Shown in pieces: positions 59,138 to 64,000 of a stretch of 64,000 nt of DNA. Under the pieces are notes generated by a model. That model saw nothing but the letters and a program-made list of their open reading frames with translations, made no database searches and was not told the DNA's origin. The number at the start of each line of letters is the position of its first letter. Within the stretch, counting starts at the first letter, position 1. Both the position numbers and the translations under genes were made by a program. The stretch is from an uncultured delta proteobacterium (GTDB lineage Bacteria; Desulfobacterota; Syntrophia; Syntrophales; Smithellaceae). The stretch lies in assembly GCA_963753975.1 (NCBI GenBank), contig CAVWEH010000004.1:96001-160000 (forward strand), given 5' to 3'.

Positions 59138-59191
59138 GAGGATACACACGAAAACGTCTTATACAGAAAGAAACCGTCTGTGTTTACAGAA

Positions 59192-59220
59192 TTATACAGA
59201 CTGTGTAAACATTGTTAAGC
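59192..59220 (+). other. Putative attI site 2
   Basis: TTATACAGACTGTGTAAACATTGTTAAGC; 25/26 nt identical to site 1 up to GTTA; partial direct repeats TTATACAGA/TTTACAGA upstream. Confidence 0.72.
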
Positions 59221-59223
59221 CAT

Positions 59224-59853
59224 ATGGATAAATTTAATTTTCAAAATCTGAGACAATTTGATCTCACTTTTCCTAGCCATTGGTTAGAAGGTGAAGACAG
59301 AGATCAAGCATTTCAAATATCCCACACATTAAGTATGATTCGCAGTTTATTCACCGAAGCTGTTGCTTCCTACGCTTTATTTCAACCACTTACGGCTGAG
59401 AATATTGACGACCATATAGAAAAATGGACAAATAATGATGAAACACCATATGAACGTTGTTTAAATGGTATTTATGCTAAAGCTTTTGTATTCGCTTTAG
59501 ACGGCATTGAGAAACTATTCAATCACCTAGTCACAAGTTATAGCTCACCAGAAAAAGTTAAGCATTTGCACGAGGAATACAGAAGACTATTCGGTCATCT
59601 TAAGCACATCCGCGATTCAGCCATACATATTGAAGATCGTGGCCGGGGGAAAACGCGAAAGCAGAAACCACTTGATACACATATCGTACTTTTGGGTTGC
59701 TTTATTGAAAAGCGTTACACTTTTACTGGTGAAGATGGAAGACAATATGAAGTTGAGATTTCTGAGTCTACATTAAACAAAGCAAAAGCAATTCTCCAAG
59801 AGGCCATTAATTCATATTCATGGATCGAAGTAGGGAAAATAAATTTGGTTTAA
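59224..59853 (+). CDS. Hypothetical cassette protein with an RxxxxH motif
   Basis: AT-rich ORF filling cassette 1; stop codon inside attC R''; RDSAIH. Confidence 0.75.
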   Translation: MDKFNFQNLRQFDLTFPSHWLEGEDRDQAFQISHTLSMIRSLFTEAVASYALFQPLTAENIDDHIEKWTNNDETPYERCLNGIYAKAFVFALDGIEKLFNHLVTSYSSPEKVKHLHEEYRRLFGHLKHIRDSAIHIEDRGRGKTRKQKPLDTHIVLLGCFIEKRYTFTGEDGRQYEVEISESTLNKAKAILQEAINSYSWIEVGKINLV

Positions 59854-59902
59854 CCAGGCAATCCAGCCGATCGCTACGCTCCGGCTGATTTTTTCGTTAT
59901 GT
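59848..59902 (+). repeat. attC site (55 bp)
   Basis: GTTTAACCAGGCAATCCAGCCGATCGCTACGCTCCGGCTGATTTTTTCGTTATGT. Confidence 0.88.
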
Positions 59903-59915
59903 GTCAGGAGGATAA

Positions 59916-60548
59916 ATGCAAAGGAAAACTTTCTGGAAGGCAATTTCCCTTTTTGAATCGGGGCTCTCAGCAGCCGAGTGGGCTTGGAGAATTATAGTCG
60001 TTATATTCATTGGCACTAGCGGAACAGTAACCGCATTTGTGGCTAAAGCAGACCCTGTACTCAAAGCACTTGGTCCTATCTATTGGATTGGTGCAGGAGT
60101 AATTATGGCGCTGGTAATTTCTGTTGTTCTGTTCCTCATAAAGTCCTCACAACTCAAACAGAGCGAAGCGGATCTTAATCGAGCACTGGCTATTCCGCGA
60201 AGCACGGTTAACCCGCTATTGAATAGCTTTACTGATTCAATAATACCCGTCGAAGACTTGAGATTACCGAGGACTCAATTGCACGAAAATAAGCATTTCT
60301 TGAGATGTAAGTTCGTTGGCCCTGCCGCCATCGCAATTTTAGGAGGCACCTATGTTCGCAGTGGCTTCCTTGATAGCGGTGATGTCATAGCACTTCCAGA
60401 TAATGTCGCTCTCTCGGGTATCGTTGTACTCAAGAACTGCACGGTTGAAGATTGCGAGTTCATACGAACAACGATTCTTGTAGATCAAGTTACCGCAAAA
60501 GGTATTGCGACTGTTCCAGGTGCGCAAGTCAAGGGAATGCGCACATAA
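59916..60548 (+). CDS. Hypothetical membrane protein (cassette 2)
   Basis: SD AGGAGG, two N-terminal hydrophobic segments, stop codon inside attC R''. Confidence 0.78.
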   Translation: MQRKTFWKAISLFESGLSAAEWAWRIIVVIFIGTSGTVTAFVAKADPVLKALGPIYWIGAGVIMALVISVVLFLIKSSQLKQSEADLNRALAIPRSTVNPLLNSFTDSIIPVEDLRLPRTQLHENKHFLRCKFVGPAAIAILGGTYVRSGFLDSGDVIALPDNVALSGIVVLKNCTVEDCEFIRTTILVDQVTAKGIATVPGAQVKGMRT

Positions 60549-60596
60549 CCAGTCAATACAGCCGATCGTTTACTCCGGCTGATTTCTTCGTTGGAC
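60543..60596 (+). repeat. attC site (54 bp)
   Basis: ACATAACCAGTCAATACAGCCGATCGTTTACTCCGGCTGATTTCTTCGTTGGAC. Confidence 0.88.
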
Positions 60597-60608
60597 GAAA
60601 GGAAATAT

Positions 60609-61202
60609 ATGAAAAGACAATGGCTTTATTTTGTAATAGTAGTCGTTTTAGCTATTACTCCGGCACTTAGTATTGCTGCTGACTCCATTCTGGGTGAATG
60701 GATTTCTGTGGAAAGGTCAAAGGGAGGTTTAGGCGCGGCAAAGAATTATAATAAAGACGGGACTGTTCAAGCCACTTTTGGTGCGCTCGTAGATTTCAAG
60801 TACAAGGTCACCGGCAAAAAAATTACTCTTTCATTTCCTGAGGCAGATGACATTGTACAGAAGTTTGAAATCAAAGATTCCAAACTTGTACTGACAGACG
60901 CGACGGGCAACAAACAGGAATTAACGCGCATTTCAGACGATGCAATAACAGGACTACTCGGAAAATGGACGGGTGTTCACTACACCGGGGCAAAACAAAT
61001 TCTTCACTTTACTGCAGCCCACAACTGTTATTTAGCAGTTCCCATGATCTCAGCAGACGGTACGTATATCATAATGGGGGATATACTGACCGAGTCATAT
61101 AAAGATAAAGGCTCACAAAATTACAAATGGACAATTCGAGACAATGTCCTAATCCTTACAGACGGCCAAGGCAAGACTGAAAAATACATGAGAAAAAAAT
61201 GA
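60609..61202 (+). CDS. Secreted hypothetical protein with two internal beta-rich repeats (cassette 3)
   Basis: Signal peptide MKRQW...ALSIAA; duplicated LGEW/LGKW...L.LTD..G units. Confidence 0.78.
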   Translation: MKRQWLYFVIVVVLAITPALSIAADSILGEWISVERSKGGLGAAKNYNKDGTVQATFGALVDFKYKVTGKKITLSFPEADDIVQKFEIKDSKLVLTDATGNKQELTRISDDAITGLLGKWTGVHYTGAKQILHFTAAHNCYLAVPMISADGTYIIMGDILTESYKDKGSQNYKWTIRDNVLILTDGQGKTEKYMRKK

Positions 61203-61204
61203 CC

Positions 61205-61259
61205 GTCCAACAATGGCAATACAGCCGATCGTTTACTCCGGCTGATTTTTTCGTTAGGC
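61205..61259 (+). repeat. attC site (55 bp)
   Basis: GTCCAACAATGGCAATACAGCCGATCGTTTACTCCGGCTGATTTTTTCGTTAGGC. Confidence 0.88.
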
Positions 61260-61300
61260 AGTGACCGAATCTATTCACACCCGAAAGGAGATTTTCCACG

Positions 61301-62062
61301 ATGGACATTCCACGGATCTTCAACATCACTGAAAGTGCTCACCGCATCCATGACCCATTCACACCCGAAAAGCTCGCCACTCTCGGCGCGGCGCTGCGTC
61401 TGGAAACGGGAACCCGAGTGCTCGACCTCGGCAGCGGTTCGGGGGAGATGCTGTGCACCTGGGCACGCGATTACGGAGTCATCGGCACCGGCATCGACAT
61501 GAGCCAGTTGTTCACCGAGCAAGCGAAACTCCGCGCTGAAGAACTCGGCGTCGCCGATCAAGTCAAGTTCATCCATGGCGATGCTGCCGGCTACGTCTCT
61601 GACGACAAGGCCGGTGTGGCAGCCTGTCTCGGTGCCACGTGGATCGCTGGGGGAGTCGCCGGCACCATCGAGCTTCTGGCGCAGAGCCTCCGCCCCGGAG
61701 GGATCATCCTCATCGGCGAGCCCTACTGGCGGCAGTTACCGCCGACGGAAGATGTTGCCAGGGGGTGTCTTGCCGGCTCAATCTCCGACTTTCTCCTGCT
61801 TCCGGAACTTCTCGCGTCTTTCGGCCACCTCGGCTACGACGTCGTGGAAATGGTTTTGGCAGACCAAGACAGCTGGGACAGATACGAGGCGGCCAAGTGG
61901 CTCACCATGCGCCGATGGCTTGAAGCCAATCCCGACGACGAGTTCGCGAAAGATGTTCGAGCCAAACTAACCTCGGAACCCGAGCGCTACGCCGCTTACA
62001 CGCGTGAATACCTGGGCTGGGGCGTGTTCGCGCTGATGCCTTTAAAGACCATCGGTTATTGA
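61301..62062 (+). CDS. Class I SAM-dependent methyltransferase, YjhP-like (cassette 4)
   Basis: VLDLGSGSGE motif I; MDIPRIF and WDRYEAAKWLTMRRWL as in E. coli YjhP (recalled); GC-rich. Confidence 0.88.
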   Translation: MDIPRIFNITESAHRIHDPFTPEKLATLGAALRLETGTRVLDLGSGSGEMLCTWARDYGVIGTGIDMSQLFTEQAKLRAEELGVADQVKFIHGDAAGYVSDDKAGVAACLGATWIAGGVAGTIELLAQSLRPGGIILIGEPYWRQLPPTEDVARGCLAGSISDFLLLPELLASFGHLGYDVVEMVLADQDSWDRYEAAKWLTMRRWLEANPDDEFAKDVRAKLTSEPERYAAYTREYLGWGVFALMPLKTIGY

Positions 62063-62107
62063 AATTTTTCGGGCTTTTCAGCTTTTTCTTGCTTTAAAAG
62101 AAGTTTT

Positions 62108-63421
62108 ATGGCTCAACAACTCTTCAGTCTCCATTCCTGGCCGCGCGCTATTGTCCACGTCGACGGCGACGCTTTCTTTACTTCCTGTGAAGAAGTGATT
62201 CATCCGGAACTCAAAGGCAAACCGCTCATCACCGGCGGCGAACGGGGCATTGTGGCCTGCGCCAGTTATGCGGCCAAAAAAATGGGTATCAAACGCGCCG
62301 TGCCTCTCAACGAAGCACGCAAAATCTGCCCGGGCCTGATCATCCTTCCTTCCGATTATGAGACTTACAGCCTGTTTTCACGGCGGATGTTCGACATTAT
62401 GCGCCGCTTCACGCCCGACGTCGAGGAATGCTCGGTGGACGAGGCTTTCGCCGATATCACCGGTATGCGCCGCGCCCTGCACTCCTCCTATGAAGAAATT
62501 GCAGCCATGATGAAAAAAGAAATTGAAAGAGATCTCGGCATCACCGTTTCCGTGGGTGTAAGCATTACCAAGGTGCTCGCCAAGGTTGCCTCTAAATACC
62601 AGAAGCCCTCGGGAATGACGGTCATCAGCGGCAGGGAGATTCCCTCCTACCTTCACGATTTGCCGGTGGAAAAAATCTGGGGGATCGGCCCTGCCACTAC
62701 CAATTATCTCGCCAAGATGGGCATTCGCACCGCGCTTGCTTTCGCCCAACTTCCCGAAAAAATTGTCCTAAAAAAATTCACCAAACCGGGAGTGGAAATC
62801 TGGCAGGAGCTGCGCGGCGAATCCGTTTATGCGGTGACTACCGAAGAAAAAAGTTCCTACGCGTCCATCAGCAAAACCAAGACATTTTCTCCGGCAACGT
62901 CCGATGCCGAATACCTTTTCGCGCAACTGATGCGCAATATGGAATCGGCCTGCATCAAAGCCAGGCGTTATTCTCTCGCGCCGCAAAAAATAATAGTGTT
63001 TCTGAAGAAGAATGATTTCGCTACGACCGACAGTGAAGCGGCCCTTTCTCATCCTTGTGCTTGTCCGCTGGAGTTTACCCACGTCATCCGTGAGCTTTTT
63101 TCGGACTGCTATAATCCACAGGAGCTCTACCGTTCTACCGGTGTCATTCTGCTCGATCTCGCGCCGGACAACAACACTCAGTACACTCTTTTTGACGATC
63201 CCGTGCACGCCGAAAAGATCAAAGATGTTTACGCCGTTGCCGACGAGCTGGGAAAAAAGTTCGGTAAACACGCTCTGCATCTGGGCAGTTCTCACCTGAT
63301 TGAAAAACTCGGCAAAGGACGCCGGGGCTCACCCACCGTACGGGAGCGGACAATTCTCAAAGGCGAGACAAAGCGCCGCCATTTAGGGTTGCCTCTTATC
63401 CATGTAAAAACAGAAGATTAA
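62108..63421 (+). CDS. dinB: Y-family DNA polymerase (Pol IV/DinB-like)
   Basis: HVDGDAFF, ASY.AK, SVDEAF, KVLAKVAS..QKPSG, IWGIG. Confidence 0.92.
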   Translation: MAQQLFSLHSWPRAIVHVDGDAFFTSCEEVIHPELKGKPLITGGERGIVACASYAAKKMGIKRAVPLNEARKICPGLIILPSDYETYSLFSRRMFDIMRRFTPDVEECSVDEAFADITGMRRALHSSYEEIAAMMKKEIERDLGITVSVGVSITKVLAKVASKYQKPSGMTVISGREIPSYLHDLPVEKIWGIGPATTNYLAKMGIRTALAFAQLPEKIVLKKFTKPGVEIWQELRGESVYAVTTEEKSSYASISKTKTFSPATSDAEYLFAQLMRNMESACIKARRYSLAPQKIIVFLKKNDFATTDSEAALSHPCACPLEFTHVIRELFSDCYNPQELYRSTGVILLDLAPDNNTQYTLFDDPVHAEKIKDVYAVADELGKKFGKHALHLGSSHLIEKLGKGRRGSPTVRERTILKGETKRRHLGLPLIHVKTED

Positions 63422-63559
63422 AACATATCGGCGCATAAACCAAAGACAATATTAAACTTTTATGATACTTACTCAATAATTATTTTTCAATTGCATAAAA
63501 TGCGGCAATGGTCTAAAAATGATTCATTGCACAAATAAAATAAAAAAGAGGTGAAAGAA

Positions 63560-64000
63560 ATGACTAATGTTTCTTTGACCGCACAAAGCGGCACAAAAGT
63601 CTATCGCAAGGCAATTAGCGCTTTTTCTCTCTTGGTTTTGCTCCCCTTGCTGGCAAGTCTCATCAATATAACTTTTGCCGAAAGCTGGAAAATCCATTTC
63701 TTTCCGGCAGCGATCATTTTGGCAGCAATCGTTTTCGGCGTTCCCGGCGGCATTATCGCGGGAATCTCCGGTTCTCTTTATTCCGCTCTGTTTTTGGGTA
63801 ATTCTTATATTATCGTGGGTAACGCTCTTTTTGGTCTGCTTGTTGCCGTTTTTTATAAGAAGAGCGGCAAAATCCTCCCCTCTGTTCTGCTCGCCTTTCT
63901 GTGCGAACTGCCGTGGCTGATTTTAACCGATTATTATCTTGTCCACCTGCCCCTAGTTTTTATTTCTCAACTGGTAGTTGTATTATTTTTGGCCAATATT
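63560..64000 (+). CDS. Membrane protein, probable ECF-transporter S component (runs off window)
   Basis: My translation MTNVSLT...KIHFFPAAIILAAIVFGVPGGIIAGISGSLYSA..., open to the window end; SD GAGGTG. Confidence 0.6.
   Translation, partial: MTNVSLTAQSGTKVYRKAISAFSLLVLLPLLASLINITFAESWKIHFFPAAIILAAIVFGVPGGIIAGISGSLYSALFLGNSYIIVGNALFGLLVAVFYKKSGKILPSVLLAFLCELPWLILTDYYLVHLPLVFISQLVVVLFLANI

Larger units (their letters stand above)
59074..62062 (+). mobile_element. Integron relic 2: intI fragment, attI-like site, four cassettes and three attC sites
   Basis: Core/inverse-core pairs GTTAAGC/GTTTAAC, GTTATGT/ACATAAC, GTTGGAC/GTCCAAC; single co-oriented ORFs ending at or in attC. Confidence 0.9.

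Noticed and set aside
59848..61259. CRISPR array
   Set aside because: The repeats are separated by whole genes (about 600-650 bp), have attC architecture, and no cas genes are present.

Overview
Bacterial chromosomal window. Protein style and gene order suggest a Desulfobacterota/Syntrophales (Smithella-like) genome; this is an inference. Bases 1-25.1 kb (minus strand) hold the core translation supercluster: five tRNAs, rpmG-secE-nusG-rplKAJL-rpoBC-rpsLG-tuf, the S10 and spc operons, secY and the start of map. fusA, the tRNA-linked tuf copy and adk are absent from their usual positions. Bases 27.3-58.2 kb hold an attenuator-controlled leuACDB operon, a split methionine synthase, TonB, pyrE, an M16C peptidase, a PAS-GGDEF protein, a tryptophanase-family lyase and a pgpA-cinA-thpR-recA-recX-alaS operon. 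The most notable structure is two small integron-type cassette arrays in opposite orientation about 32 kb apart (25.2-27.2 kb minus; 59.1-62.1 kb plus). They share a near-identical attI-like site and a family of very short (54-56 bp) attC sites. Each is preceded by a co-oriented integron-integrase remnant, and the two remnants are complementary pieces of the IntI C-terminus. The second array sits between a LexA/UmuD-like repressor with its own GAAC-N4-GTTC box and a DinB polymerase. Many single-base frameshifts in essential genes, plus a 268-nt cytosine-free tract, indicate sequencing or consensus errors, so pseudogene calls need caution.
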